Source of the DNA: Nitrospirota bacterium
GTDB lineage: Bacteria > Nitrospirota > Thermodesulfovibrionia > Thermodesulfovibrionales > Dissulfurispiraceae
Length of the DNA stretch: 64,000 nucleotides
Direction: 5' to 3'
NCBI GenBank assembly: GCA_040754455.1
Contig: JBFMCP010000001.1
Coordinates: 64,001-128,000, forward strand
Below, piece after piece: positions 10,480 to 19,611 of the stretch; the first letter of the stretch is position 1, and the number at the start of each line of letters is the position of its first letter. The notes beneath the pieces are model-generated. The model did no database searches, was not told the origin of the DNA, and saw only the letters and a list, made by a program, of their open reading frames with translations. Both the position numbers and the translations under genes were made by a program.

Positions 10480-13092
10480 ATGTTAACCGGTATGGATAAA
10501 TTGCTGCAGAGCGGCTGTGAAACAGAGAAGAAGGACAAGGTGTGCAGGTCCCGGGGCGGAGAGTCGTGTGCCTTCGACGGCGCTATGATCGTGCTTCAGC
10601 CCATTGCGGACGCTGCCCACATTGTCCATGGGCCCATCGCCTGCTGCGGCAACTCATGGGAAGGGAGGGGCACCCTGTCGTCAAAGGGTGACCTCCACAA
10701 AATGGGCTTTACCACTGATATGGGAGAGATGGACATTGTCTACGGCTCTGCGCAGAAGCTCTACGATGCCATTGTGCAGATCTGCGAGAACGTAAAGCCC
10801 AAAGCGGCATTTGTCTATGCCACCTGCGTCAGCGGCCTCATCGGCGAGGACATCGAGGCAGTATGCAAGAAGGCCGAATCGGCTCTGGGCATTCGTGTCA
10901 TTCCGGTTAACGCGCCGGGGTTCGTGGGACCGAAAAACCTCGGCAACAGGATCGCCGGGGAAGTGCTCCTTGATTCAGTGATAGGTACAGGAGAGCCTTC
11001 TGTTACCACCGACTGCGATATCAATATTATCGGCGAATACAATATTGCCGGTGACCAGTGGCTCTTCGAGCCGCTGCTCAAAGAAGCGGGAATCCGGGTC
11101 CTCTCAAGGATCACCGGAGACTCGACCTTCGAGGAGATCACCTACGCGCACCGGGCAAAGTTGAATGTGGTCGTCTGCAGCCGCGCCTTGATCAATATCG
11201 CACGTGAGATGGAACGCAAGTACGGCATCCCTCATATTGAGGTCTCGTTCTTTGGAAAGACCGAGATCGCCAAGGCGCTGAGGCTGATCGCCTCAAATCT
11301 CGAATCTCAAACTCCAAATTCCAAATTGATGGAACGGGTGGAAACGATCATTGCCCGTGAGGAACGGCTGCTCGAGGAAAGATTGAAACCCTACGAGCAC
11401 CTCAGAGGCAAAAAAGCGGTGCTGTATACCGGCGGCGTCAAAAGCTGGTCCTTTATATCGGTCCTTTTGGATCTGGGCATAGAGCTTGTTGCCATCGGCA
11501 CCAAAAAGAGCACCTTTGAGGATGAAGAGAAGATGAAAGAAATCCTTGGAGAGAATGCTCCGCTGGTTGAGGATGTGGCCCCCAAAAATCTCCTCAAGCT
11601 CTTGAAGGAGAAAGGGGCTGATATGCTCGTCGCCGGCGGCAGAAACCAGTATCTGGCGGTCAAGGAAGGGTATCCCTTTGTTGACGTCAACCAGGAGCGG
11701 CATACCGCCTATGCAGGGTATCAGGGGCTCGTCAATCTGGCTGAACAGCTGAGCAACGGCATCAAATTTTATGGCAATCAGCAGTCAGCAATCCGCAATC
11801 CGCAAAAGAAAAAAGCTGAAGGCTATAAACTGAAAGCTGAAAGCTGTCTTATCAACCCTTTGAAGCATTCTCAATCCATCGGTGCTGCCATTGCGCTGCA
11901 GGGAATACACAGGGCGCTGCCCATTCTCCACGGCGCGCAGGGATGCACCTTTCTCGCGAAGGTGCTGCTGACAAAACACTTCAAAGAGCCCATTGCACTG
12001 GCGAGCACCAAGCTGTTTACCGAGAATGTGGTGATGGAAAGCGAAGAGCATATTACCGGTATTGTGCAGGATTTTGTAAAGAAGCAGAATCCCGGCCTCA
12101 TCGGAATCCTTACCTCCGGACTTTCCGAGGTAAAAGGAGATAATACCGCTGCCTTTGTCAAACAATTCGATGCGTCACGCTCGTCTTCGAAAATCATCTC
12201 TATTGCTACCCCGGACTACGAGGGGGGCATGGAGACCGGCTATGCAAAGGCCGTCGAAGCAATTCTGGATCTGGTGAAAAATCCGCTTACCCTAAAGCCA
12301 CGCCAGATACGAGAACGGCAGATCAATGTGCTTGTAGGGTGTCATCTTACTCCTGCCGACATTGTGGAATTGAGGGAGACAATCGAATCCTTCGCTCTCA
12401 GGCCGGTGGTCCTTCCCGATCTCTCCGCCCTGGACGGCAGCAGACAGGGCATGTCAGCGCTCGCTCTCGGAGGGACCACGATTGAAGAGATTGAGTCAAT
12501 GGGCTCCTCTGAGTTCACCCTCGCGATTGGAATGAGTATGGAGGCCCCGGCTCGGAAATTAAAAGAGCGGTTCGGCGTCGAGTATAAAGTACTCGGAAGC
12601 ATTGCCGGGCTGAAGGATACAGATGTGCTCATGGAAACACTCTCACTGCTGAGCGGAACCACTATTCCGGCACGCTACGAGCGGCAGCGGAGGATTCTGC
12701 TCGATGGGATGAGAGATGCGCATTTCTTCTACGGCAGTAAAAAGATCTGCTGCGCCCTTGAGCCGGATCTGGCGATACAGACATCACGATTGCTCGAAGA
12801 AATGGGCGTCTGGACAGAGCGTGCGGTCGTGCCCCAGTTCAGCTCATCGTTAAGCGGCATCAGGGCAAAAGAGATAATGGTAGGTGATCTTTCAGCACTG
12901 CCGGGTAATTGCGATCTTATTATTTCGAATTCGCATGCCGCTGATACCGCACAGCGGCTCAATGTACCGCTGTATCAGCTCGGGTTCCCGGTATATAAGA
13001 TCCTTGGGAAGACAGCACAGGTCACTATCGGGTATAGGGGAAGTCTTTCCCTGGTCAATGAGATCGCCAATGCGATGGGGTGCGGGCATTAA
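10480..13092 (+). CDS. nifEN: Fused FeMo-cofactor scaffold NifE-NifN
   Basis: NifE motifs CAFDGA, HGPIAC, YTGGVKSWS, NQERH, then NifN motifs NPLKHSQSIGA, HGAQGCT in one 870-aa ORF. Confidence 0.93.
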   Translation: MLTGMDKLLQSGCETEKKDKVCRSRGGESCAFDGAMIVLQPIADAAHIVHGPIACCGNSWEGRGTLSSKGDLHKMGFTTDMGEMDIVYGSAQKLYDAIVQICENVKPKAAFVYATCVSGLIGEDIEAVCKKAESALGIRVIPVNAPGFVGPKNLGNRIAGEVLLDSVIGTGEPSVTTDCDINIIGEYNIAGDQWLFEPLLKEAGIRVLSRITGDSTFEEITYAHRAKLNVVVCSRALINIAREMERKYGIPHIEVSFFGKTEIAKALRLIASNLESQTPNSKLMERVETIIAREERLLEERLKPYEHLRGKKAVLYTGGVKSWSFISVLLDLGIELVAIGTKKSTFEDEEKMKEILGENAPLVEDVAPKNLLKLLKEKGADMLVAGGRNQYLAVKEGYPFVDVNQERHTAYAGYQGLVNLAEQLSNGIKFYGNQQSAIRNPQKKKAEGYKLKAESCLINPLKHSQSIGAAIALQGIHRALPILHGAQGCTFLAKVLLTKHFKEPIALASTKLFTENVVMESEEHITGIVQDFVKKQNPGLIGILTSGLSEVKGDNTAAFVKQFDASRSSSKIISIATPDYEGGMETGYAKAVEAILDLVKNPLTLKPRQIRERQINVLVGCHLTPADIVELRETIESFALRPVVLPDLSALDGSRQGMSALALGGTTIEEIESMGSSEFTLAIGMSMEAPARKLKERFGVEYKVLGSIAGLKDTDVLMETLSLLSGTTIPARYERQRRILLDGMRDAHFFYGSKKICCALEPDLAIQTSRLLEEMGVWTERAVVPQFSSSLSGIRAKEIMVGDLSALPGNCDLIISNSHAADTAQRLNVPLYQLGFPVYKILGKTAQVTIGYRGSLSLVNEIANAMGCGH
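11293..11327 (+). repeat. Heptamer array translated within nifE domain
   Basis: tcaaatc tcgaatc tcaaact ccaaatt ccaaatt encoding SNLESQTPNSKL. Confidence 0.65.
11778..11847. repeat. Heptamer inverted array (TCAGCNN family) forming NifE-NifN linker
   Basis: tcagcag tcagcaa tccgcaa tccgcaa ... aagctga aggctat aaactga aagctga aagctgt. Confidence 0.8.
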
Positions 13093-13119
13093 GCGCATTT
13101 AATTTATGAGGAGGTGCCT

Positions 13120-13515
13120 ATGAAGATAGCGTTTGCAACGACCGACGGCGTCACTGTTGATGAGCATTTCGGCAGGGCTGGGATGTTCGCCGTGTACGAA
13201 TTAAATGAAAAAGGCTACCGGTTTGTCGAAACAAGAAAGTTTGCTGACGGACGTGATGCGGAAATCGAAAGCACGAAGGGCATGGGACAGGTCCATGATG
13301 ATAAGGTACAGCACAAGGTCGACCAGCTGGAGGACTGCAAGATTATTTACCTTACCGAAATCGGTGGCCCCTCGGCAGCGCGGCTGGTGAAGAAGGGTAT
13401 TATGCCGGTGAAGGTGAAAGAGGCGGTGTCGATCGAAGAATCGCTGCAGAGACTGCTGCAGACTGCCCAGGGTACGCCACCGCCATGGCTTAAAAAGGCG
13501 CTGCTCGGTGATTAG
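13120..13515 (+). CDS. nifX: FeMo-cofactor carrier NifX
   Basis: KIAFATTDG..VDEHFGRA, IGGPSAARLV, PPPWLKKAL. Confidence 0.9.
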   Translation: MKIAFATTDGVTVDEHFGRAGMFAVYELNEKGYRFVETRKFADGRDAEIESTKGMGQVHDDKVQHKVDQLEDCKIIYLTEIGGPSAARLVKKGIMPVKVKEAVSIEESLQRLLQTAQGTPPPWLKKALLGD

Positions 13516-13591
13516 CGGTCAGCATTCAGCAAAGGATAAAGAATGATTTATAAAATTTTCTGGAGGCTATTAGCTGATTGCTGATAGCTAT
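13512..13591. repeat. Heptamer inverted array (TCAGCNN family), nifX-nifI1
   Basis: ttagcgg tcagcat tcagcaa ... tagctga ttgctga tagctat. Confidence 0.7.
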
Positions 13592-13610
13592 TTAAAAGGA
13601 GGAACGAACA

Positions 13611-13928
13611 ATGAAGATGATCAGGGCTTTTATAAGACCGGAGAAGGAACAGGACGTAGTGCTGGCGCTTGAGGGCGCAGGATTTCCCTCGCTCACCAAG
13701 ATGCCGGTGTTCGGAAGGGGAAAACAGAAGGGACTTCAGGTCGGGCCGGTGCATTACGACGAACTGCCGAAGACCTTAATCATGACGGTCGTTGATAATG
13801 AGGATGTCGACAAGGTGATCAGTATCATCCAAAACAAGGCACGGACCGGCTTCATTGGCGATGGCAAGATTTTTGTCAGCCCCGTCGAGTCCGCCTATAC
13901 GGTCAGAACAGGAGAATCGGCTCTATGA
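13611..13928 (+). CDS. nifI1: P-II family nitrogenase regulator NifI1
   Basis: IRPEKE, GRGKQKG...[16 protein letters not shown]; short T-loop, within nif operon. Confidence 0.88.
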   Translation: MKMIRAFIRPEKEQDVVLALEGAGFPSLTKMPVFGRGKQKGLQVGPVHYDELPKTLIMTVVDNEDVDKVISIIQNKARTGFIGDGKIFVSPVESAYTVRTGESAL

Positions 13929-14341
13929 AAGAGATTACGGCGATCATACGGAGGGACAAACTTCCGGAAACGAAAAAGGTGCTTGAGGAATTGGGCTGCC
14001 CGTCGCTCACCATCCAGAGTGTCGATGGCAGAGGGAAGCAGAAGGGCGCCATGTGCGCTGAGATGGATTCGGAAATGCCGGACAGCTTCTGCACAGCGGT
14101 GAAGCTGATCCCCACGCCATCGGCGTACGCCCTTGAGCATACGCTGCCGAAGGTGGCCCTGTATGTGCCGAAGAGATTGCTCACCATCGTCGTGCCCGAC
14201 GATGTGGTGAACAAGGCGGTCACGTCGATTATAAAGGTCAACCAGACCGGCAAACACGGCGACGGGAAGATCTTTGTCGCACCAATTGAAAACGCATTAA
14301 GGGTAAGGACTGGAGAACAGAACGGAGATGCGATTGCGTAA
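13925..14341 (+). CDS. nifI2: P-II family nitrogenase regulator NifI2
   Basis: MKEITAIIR, GRGKQKG, long T-loop, PKRLL, NQTGKHGDGKIFV. Confidence 0.88.
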   Translation: MKEITAIIRRDKLPETKKVLEELGCPSLTIQSVDGRGKQKGAMCAEMDSEMPDSFCTAVKLIPTPSAYALEHTLPKVALYVPKRLLTIVVPDDVVNKAVTSIIKVNQTGKHGDGKIFVAPIENALRVRTGEQNGDAIA

Positions 14342-14431
14342 TGAGCGTTCAGCTTTCAGCACTCGGCCATCAGCGGGGCGCTACACATCGATCATTATGC
14401 TGAAAACTGACTGCTGAGAGCTGACGACTTA
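14342..14431. repeat. Heptamer inverted array (TCAGCNN family), nifI2-fdx
   Basis: tgagcgt tcagctt tcagcac tcggcca tcagcgg ... atgctga aaactga ctgctga gagctga cgactta. Confidence 0.85.
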
Positions 14432-14451
14432 TTCTTCGGAAAGGAGGGAAT

Positions 14452-14727
14452 GTGGCAATAATCGGGTATACAAGAGGTGGACAGATATGGACGCCGAAAT
14501 TTGTCGAATCCATAGATGTCGAAAAGTGCATCGGCTGTGGACGCTGCTATAAAGCCTGCAGCAGGGGCGTGCTCGAGCTGATCGAAAAGCCTTTTGAGGG
14601 AGAAGATGAGTATGGCGACGACATGGGCAATAAGGTGATGTCCATCGCCCATCCCGAAAACTGCATCGGCTGCGAGGCATGCTCCCGCACCTGCACCAAA
14701 AAATGCCATATGCATATAGAACTATAG
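14452..14727 (+). CDS. fdxB: nif-specific ferredoxin III (2x[4Fe-4S])
   Basis: TRGG..WTPKF, CIGCGRCYKAC and CIGCEACSRTC; GTG start after AGGAGG. Confidence 0.88.
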   Translation: MAIIGYTRGGQIWTPKFVESIDVEKCIGCGRCYKACSRGVLELIEKPFEGEDEYGDDMGNKVMSIAHPENCIGCEACSRTCTKKCHMHIEL

Positions 14728-14799
14728 AGACTCGTGAGCCGGGCGTAGCGAGTTATAGTTCTTTGCGCCCGGCGATCCGCGCAAAAAGGAGGCAACACC

Positions 14800-15690
14800 A
14801 TGATTCCCATACATACAAAAAAGAGGCCGATCATAGATTACCATCCCTGTTTTTCGGAGACTGCACACCACCGCTTTGGGCGCGTCCATCTTCCGGTGGC
14901 ACCGGCGTGCAACATACAGTGCAATTACTGCGTCAGGAAATACGACTGCGCCAATGAATCAAGGCCCGGGATCACAAGCAAGGTACTGAACCTTGAAGAG
15001 TCGATGGAACGTGTCAGGGTGCTCGTTGAACGGGGTGACACATTGCGCGTTGTCGGTATTGCAGGACCGGGAGACCCTCTCGCCAACGATACGACCTTCG
15101 ATGTCATGAGCGCGATACACCGTGAATTTCCCGACCTCATTCTTTGCCTCTCGACCAACGGTCTCCTCCTTTCAGACCGCCTCGAAGACATCATCAGGTC
15201 GGGCGTAAAAAGTCTGACCATTACCATCAACGCCCTGACGCCGGAAGCGGCCCGCAGGATTTATGCATGGATCACCTATAGAGGGAAGCGGCATACCGGC
15301 AGGGAAGCTGCAGAATGGCTTGTCTTTAATCAATGGAGAGGCCTCCATAATGCCATTGAGGCGGGGCTGTTCGTCAAAATCAATACCGTCTGCATTCCCG
15401 GCGTCAATGAAGAAGAAATTCCCCTCATTGCACGGTACGCAGGCATGAAGGGGGCAGAGCTTATGAATATTCTGCCGCTCATCCCTCAAGCGGCCTTCGA
15501 ACATCTGCAGCGGCCGTCGAGAGAGATGATCGCTGCACTACGCAAGGAGTGCGGAACCTATATTTCACAGATGACCCATTGCAGGCAATGCAGGGCCGAC
15601 GCGTGCGGCACCCTCGGCGAGGATAAGGATATGGAGCTCGAGGTTTTGAACGCACGCATCGGCGAAGAATACTGCGACATGGTCAACTGA
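14800..15690 (+). CDS. nifB: Radical SAM FeMo-cofactor biosynthesis protein, single-domain (no NifX domain)
   Basis: HPCF, HLPVAPACNIQCNYC, ESRPG, AGPGDPL, CRQCRADA. Confidence 0.93.
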   Translation: MIPIHTKKRPIIDYHPCFSETAHHRFGRVHLPVAPACNIQCNYCVRKYDCANESRPGITSKVLNLEESMERVRVLVERGDTLRVVGIAGPGDPLANDTTFDVMSAIHREFPDLILCLSTNGLLLSDRLEDIIRSGVKSLTITINALTPEAARRIYAWITYRGKRHTGREAAEWLVFNQWRGLHNAIEAGLFVKINTVCIPGVNEEEIPLIARYAGMKGAELMNILPLIPQAAFEHLQRPSREMIAALRKECGTYISQMTHCRQCRADACGTLGEDKDMELEVLNARIGEEYCDMVN

Positions 15691-15701
15691 GAGGAGACGC
15701 T

Positions 15702-15866
15702 ATGATTGTCATGATGCTTCTCTTCGGTCTTTTGATTTTCGGCATTTCATATATTATGGGAAAAGAATCCACCAAGATGGAGAAAGGCGAGCTCTCGTTG
15801 TATATCGTCCTCATCTCCTGGGGCTCGCTGTTCATAGGGCTCTTTCTTGCACGAATCTCGAATTGA
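15702..15866 (+). CDS. 54-aa two-TM small membrane protein (below ORF-track cutoff)
   Basis: MIVMMLLFGLLIFGISYIMGKESTKMEKGELSLYIVLISWGSLFIGLFLARISN; SD GAGGAG; fills the nifB-hesA gap. Confidence 0.65.
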   Translation: MIVMMLLFGLLIFGISYIMGKESTKMEKGELSLYIVLISWGSLFIGLFLARISN

Positions 15867-15881
15867 AGGAGCACTGCGCTG

Positions 15882-16670
15882 TTGATGAACGCAATAACAC
15901 TAAGCGAGCGTGAGCTGGAGCGGTATCGTCGACAACTAATCCTGAGCGGATTCACCCAGGAGCATCAGCAAAGATTGAAAGATTCCACCGCTCTCATCGC
16001 CGGCATCGGAGGACTCGGCGGCACAGCTGCCCTCTACCTCGCGGTCGCAGGAATGGGCAAGATGATCTTTGCTCATTATGGCGACCTGACACTTTCCAAT
16101 ATGAACAGGCAGGTCCTGATGCGGCACGACTGGATCGGCAAGAGCAGGGTCATCCAGGGAATGAAGACGATAGAAGACATCAATCCCGATGTCGAGGTCG
16201 AGATCTACGATGAACGCACGACACAGGAAAATGTATATAAACTGCTCGACGGAGCGGATATAGCACTCTCGGCACGGCCCAACTTCAGCGAGCGCAGAAT
16301 TCTGAACAACACATGTGTACAAAAGGGCATTCCAATGGTCGAGGCGGCGATGAACGGCATGGAAGGCTACATCTTCAATATCATCCCCGGAGAAACTCCC
16401 TGCCTTAATTGTCTTTATCCTATCGATGACCCTGCTTGGGAGGAGTTGGGATTCCCCGTATTAGGTGCGGTCTCGGGCATGCTGGGATGTCTTATGGCAA
16501 TAGAAACAATAAAGCTTTTGACCGGATTCGGAAAACCACTGCGCTCGCAGATGCTGATATACAACACAATTGATATGGATTTCAGGAAGGTAAATATTCA
16601 CAGAGACAATCACTGTACGGTCTGCGGAGAGAAGAGGCATACTTCTCAGGAATACAGCTCCGACACATAG
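15882..16670 (+). CDS. hesA: HesA/MoeB/ThiF family protein
   Basis: RYRRQL, GIGGLGG, SNMNRQ, CLNC and CTVC; nif context. Confidence 0.8.
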   Translation: MMNAITLSERELERYRRQLILSGFTQEHQQRLKDSTALIAGIGGLGGTAALYLAVAGMGKMIFAHYGDLTLSNMNRQVLMRHDWIGKSRVIQGMKTIEDINPDVEVEIYDERTTQENVYKLLDGADIALSARPNFSERRILNNTCVQKGIPMVEAAMNGMEGYIFNIIPGETPCLNCLYPIDDPAWEELGFPVLGAVSGMLGCLMAIETIKLLTGFGKPLRSQMLIYNTIDMDFRKVNIHRDNHCTVCGEKRHTSQEYSSDT

Positions 16671-16806
16671 GGAGTACGGATTTCGACCTGTAAGATGCTG
16701 ATGATTTTGAATGAGAACACCTACCATTCCCCGGAGACATCTCCCTACATACTTCAAAGCGAACTCTTCAAGAAGACCGGGGCTCAAAGAAGTTTCCGGC
16801 CACTAT

Positions 16807-16811
16807 GCAAG
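16807..16811 (+). repeat. Left target-site duplication GCAAG
   Basis: Identical 5-mer at 52489-52493. Confidence 0.85.
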
Positions 16812-16977
16812 TATAATTTTTCAGGTAATTTGAGAAAAGGAGAAAGGGAGGTCTCATGCTGGTAAGTTCCTAAGTTATAAGAGAAAAAGGTTATTAGAGT
16901 CTCCCAAAGCCAGTTTGAGAAAAATTACCAGTTTTACCACCTTTTTACCAACCAGAATGAGAAATTTAAAAGGGGCT
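16812..16977 (+). repeat. Left end with putative transposase-binding sites
   Basis: TATAATTTTTCAGGTAATTTGAGAAA at terminus; further TGAGAAA copies near 16916 and 16968. Confidence 0.7.
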
Positions 16978-17033
16978 GCAACAGGGTTTTAAAAAGGGGC
17001 GCGGATCACTTTTTATATCTGGCGCGATCGATT

Positions 17034-17693
17034 TTAAAGGCCGATTGCTCCCCTTGCCTTTTCGTCAGACTGGCTTTTCTTCACCGGCGCATTGTTTTTT
17101 GACGCTTCGCCCTCAAAAGCAATGGTGAAGAACTCTCTAAAAGCTGGCCGGGCAGTTGTGGGCCTATCCTGAGAAAAAGTCCCTTCCACATAGCTCTTAA
17201 TTGAGTTAATGCGAATGACAACCTTCTGTGCATTGATCATTTTTTGTAAAAGCGCCTTATCTATTAGATATTGCTTTGAGGACCAATTAGAAGGAGGGAT
17301 GAAAAAGCCTGGTAAAATCACTTTAGGCGAGTAAGCCGGTGGGAGATAGACCCCCTCAGTAGAGGAGTAATCAGTTATTGAATCGATCGATACAAGTTTA
17401 ATAATTTCTCCATCTATATTAAAAAATAAAGAAGGCTCTGAGAATGAAAATATCCCATCAACCATTGCGACCAGTATAATCTGGTCACCCGGCATCGTGG
17501 AGCGCCTTTGAAGTCCTAACTTAAATGCGCATCCACTGAGAGTTCCCTCTTTACATACCCATGCTGGCTCCATAGTAATTTCCTTGGCTCCATCAAATTC
17601 AGACTGCGCGGTTTTTATGGAGCCCGGCATCGATACACAGCCAACCAGAGATAATGCAACGACAAGTGTGACTACTACGCTAAAAATGCTCAT
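17034..17693 (-). CDS. Prophage lipoprotein (moron)
   Basis: Signal peptide with lipobox LVGC; AT-rich; co-oriented with repressor. Confidence 0.7.
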   Translation of the reverse strand: MSIFSVVVTLVVALSLVGCVSMPGSIKTAQSEFDGAKEITMEPAWVCKEGTLSGCAFKLGLQRRSTMPGDQIILVAMVDGIFSFSEPSLFFNIDGEIIKLVSIDSITDYSSTEGVYLPPAYSPKVILPGFFIPPSNWSSKQYLIDKALLQKMINAQKVVIRINSIKSYVEGTFSQDRPTTARPAFREFFTIAFEGEASKNNAPVKKSQSDEKARGAIGL

Positions 17694-18054
17694 AATTTCC
17701 CCCTCAATTTTCTACGTTTCTCTCTGGCTTTAGCCAGAGCAATTTTTTCTTTAATAATTCTTCCATCATTACGAATTATTAAGCGAAAATAGGCCATTTT
17801 TTTATGCTTCAATCCAACGCCGGGATCGTCTAATCGTGCATCAGAACGTGCTCGGCGCTCCAGATCATCAAGAAGGAACTGAAACTCTGACATAGCCTCC
17901 TCAAAGCGGCCGGATAGGATATGGGAGAGTTCAGCATTAATTGCTTGGCTTCAGCCAGAGCAGCTATTGCTGATTCCCAAGCTCCCTCTTCTTTAAATGC
18001 AGTGGCCAGCCTCAGCAACTCAGATATCCTATCATCTTTATAAAGAGCAGACAA
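17690..18054 (-). pseudogene. Frameshifted helical (TPR-like) protein
   Basis: Two overlapping ORFs; ...PISYP in one frame continues as GRFEEAMSEFQFLLDDL in another at about 17910. Confidence 0.55.
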
Positions 18055-18072
18055 GATATCTCTCGTTTCCTG

Positions 18073-18729
18073 TTATACTCCCTGCAGCACCCACTTTACC
18101 CTACCTATTATATTCTCGACCTGGAATTCTTTCAGAGGTATTGAGAAGTCAGGGTAACGCTTGTTTCGTGACCGGAAAATAATAGCCTCTGGCGTTGTAT
18201 AAATCTCTTTCAGCACGGTACCTTCATACGGCAGCCAGATCGCGTAGACTCTCCCGCTCATGATCTCACGGTCAGTCGTATCGATACCCACGAATGCTCC
18301 GTCGTGAATGTAATCTTCCATACTGTCACCGCGCACCTTTATCACTCGAATGGACGGCTTATAAAACTGCTGCGGTATAATGATTGTTTCAATAGGCTCA
18401 ATCTCGACAAGTTGTTTTCCCATTCCGGCTCCCCCCAGAGCATATATATGAACTTCAACAGATCGTTCCTCACCAAGGATCGGCTTCGCTTCTGCGACCG
18501 CCAGCGGCTTCCCTTCTATGAGCATCGGGCCTATACCTTCTAACACCCATTCTTCCCTTGCTCCAAACTCATGATAGAGAATCTTCGCTATAGTTGGAGA
18601 TAATTCAACTTTGCCCGACTCCAGATCCTTCACCTGATACCATTTCAGGCCGATCCTTTTGCCCAGTTCGCTTTGTGTTATACCGATTGATTTTCTAAGG
18701 GTTTTTAGCCTTTTCCCAGGCGTGTCCAT
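18073..18729 (-). CDS. CI-like repressor (XRE HTH + S24 peptidase)
   Basis: LKTLRKSIGITQSELG HTH; GAG cleavage site, VRGDSME, TVLK, IIGRV. Confidence 0.9.
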   Translation of the reverse strand: MDTPGKRLKTLRKSIGITQSELGKRIGLKWYQVKDLESGKVELSPTIAKILYHEFGAREEWVLEGIGPMLIEGKPLAVAEAKPILGEERSVEVHIYALGGAGMGKQLVEIEPIETIIIPQQFYKPSIRVIKVRGDSMEDYIHDGAFVGIDTTDREIMSGRVYAIWLPYEGTVLKEIYTTPEAIIFRSRNKRYPDFSIPLKEFQVENIIGRVKWVLQGV

Positions 18730-18759
18730 AGCCGCCTTTTCCCAATAGCTAAATTTCTC

Positions 18760-18788
18760 TTGACAAAATAGCGAATAATCGCTAAAAT
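18760..18788 (+). promoter_or_regulatory. sigma70 early promoter with overlapping operator
   Basis: TTGACA-17-TAAAAT; palindrome TAGCGA-ATAA-TCGCTA at 18769-18784. Confidence 0.8.
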
Positions 18789-18795
18789 GTCGCCG

Positions 18796-19080
18796 ATGGA
18801 TGAAAATTCAACCAAACCGAAGCACAAATATAGCACAAATAAGGAACTTATAAAAGGCCTTATTTATCTTGCCGGATTCCGCACTGAGACGAGCTTTGCC
18901 AAAGAAGCCCTGGGCACCACCATCAGGCAATTTTCCCGTGTGATCTGCGGTGACCGCTTTGGCGGCGCTATGCGCCTCGCCATCGTCCGGGAGATCCGGA
19001 AGGGGCTTCGCAGAAAAAAGATAAAGGGCATCAGGGTCAAATACGAAGACCTCTGGCCCACGCAGGACGCTGCGGCATAG
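18796..19080 (+). CDS. Cro/Ner-like small DNA-binding protein
   Basis: Divergent from repressor, HTH-like SFAKEALGTTIRQFSRVI; ATG 18796 at predicted +1. Confidence 0.6.
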   Translation: MDENSTKPKHKYSTNKELIKGLIYLAGFRTETSFAKEALGTTIRQFSRVICGDRFGGAMRLAIVREIRKGLRRKKIKGIRVKYEDLWPTQDAAA

Positions 19081-19089
19081 GAGAAAGCA

Positions 19090-19326
19090 ATGGAACGTCC
19101 AGTCGCAATGCAGCACAGAAGAGTGAAAGGTGATCTTCCGGATGAAGATTGGTGCAAAGGGTGGATAGAGGTTGGCCGTTGCATGTACGTCACTCCTTGC
19201 GCCCCAGGCGAGATCGTCGACCTTTACTTCGATCCTCTAAAGCCTGGACTCGTTTTTCTAATTCGGCCAGGCGGCGATTTGCTTGAATTGAAGCCTCCAA
19301 TATTAGAGAGAGGCAGCGAGGTTTAA
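19090..19326 (+). CDS. Hypothetical phage protein
   Basis: SD AGGAG; overlaps antisense ORF at 3' end. Confidence 0.4.
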   Translation: MERPVAMQHRRVKGDLPDEDWCKGWIEVGRCMYVTPCAPGEIVDLYFDPLKPGLVFLIRPGGDLLELKPPILERGSEV

Positions 19327-19576
19327 CATGGTACTCTTCACAGTCAGTTTCGTAGAAACCGTTCGTCTGACACCTATAAGCGTTCTCGCATCTCGCAAAC
19401 ATATAGAAGATCGTCTTCAGGTCCCTCACGCCATCCAGCTCCGCAGGATACAGAAAAGCCCCGCACTGTTTGCAGATCAGTCTCGGGTACCGCTTCACCG
19501 GCCAGCCCTCGGGAGGATCACACTGGATCACCTCTTTGTGCCCGTAGATGCATCGATAAAGAACCTCGTTTTTCAT
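19190..19576 (-). CDS. Cys-rich hypothetical with C-terminal coiled coil
   Basis: CxxC motif; own promoter immediately upstream. Confidence 0.55.
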   Translation of the reverse strand: MKNEVLYRCIYGHKEVIQCDPPEGWPVKRYPRLICKQCGAFLYPAELDGVRDLKTIFYMFARCENAYRCQTNGFYETDCEEYHVKPRCLSLILEASIQANRRLAELEKRVQALEDRSKGRRSRLGRKE

Positions 19577-19582
19577 GCCCTT

Positions 19583-19611
19583 AGTTTAAGTGTTTCCCCC
19601 ACAGGGGTCAA
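19583..19611 (-). promoter_or_regulatory. Leftward sigma70 promoter
   Basis: TTGACC-17-TAAACT on minus strand, +1 near 19576. Confidence 0.6.

Noticed and set aside
16695..16811. Short ORF interrupted by the prophage
   Set aside because: Rejoined ORF is only about 45 aa with no clear SD or motif
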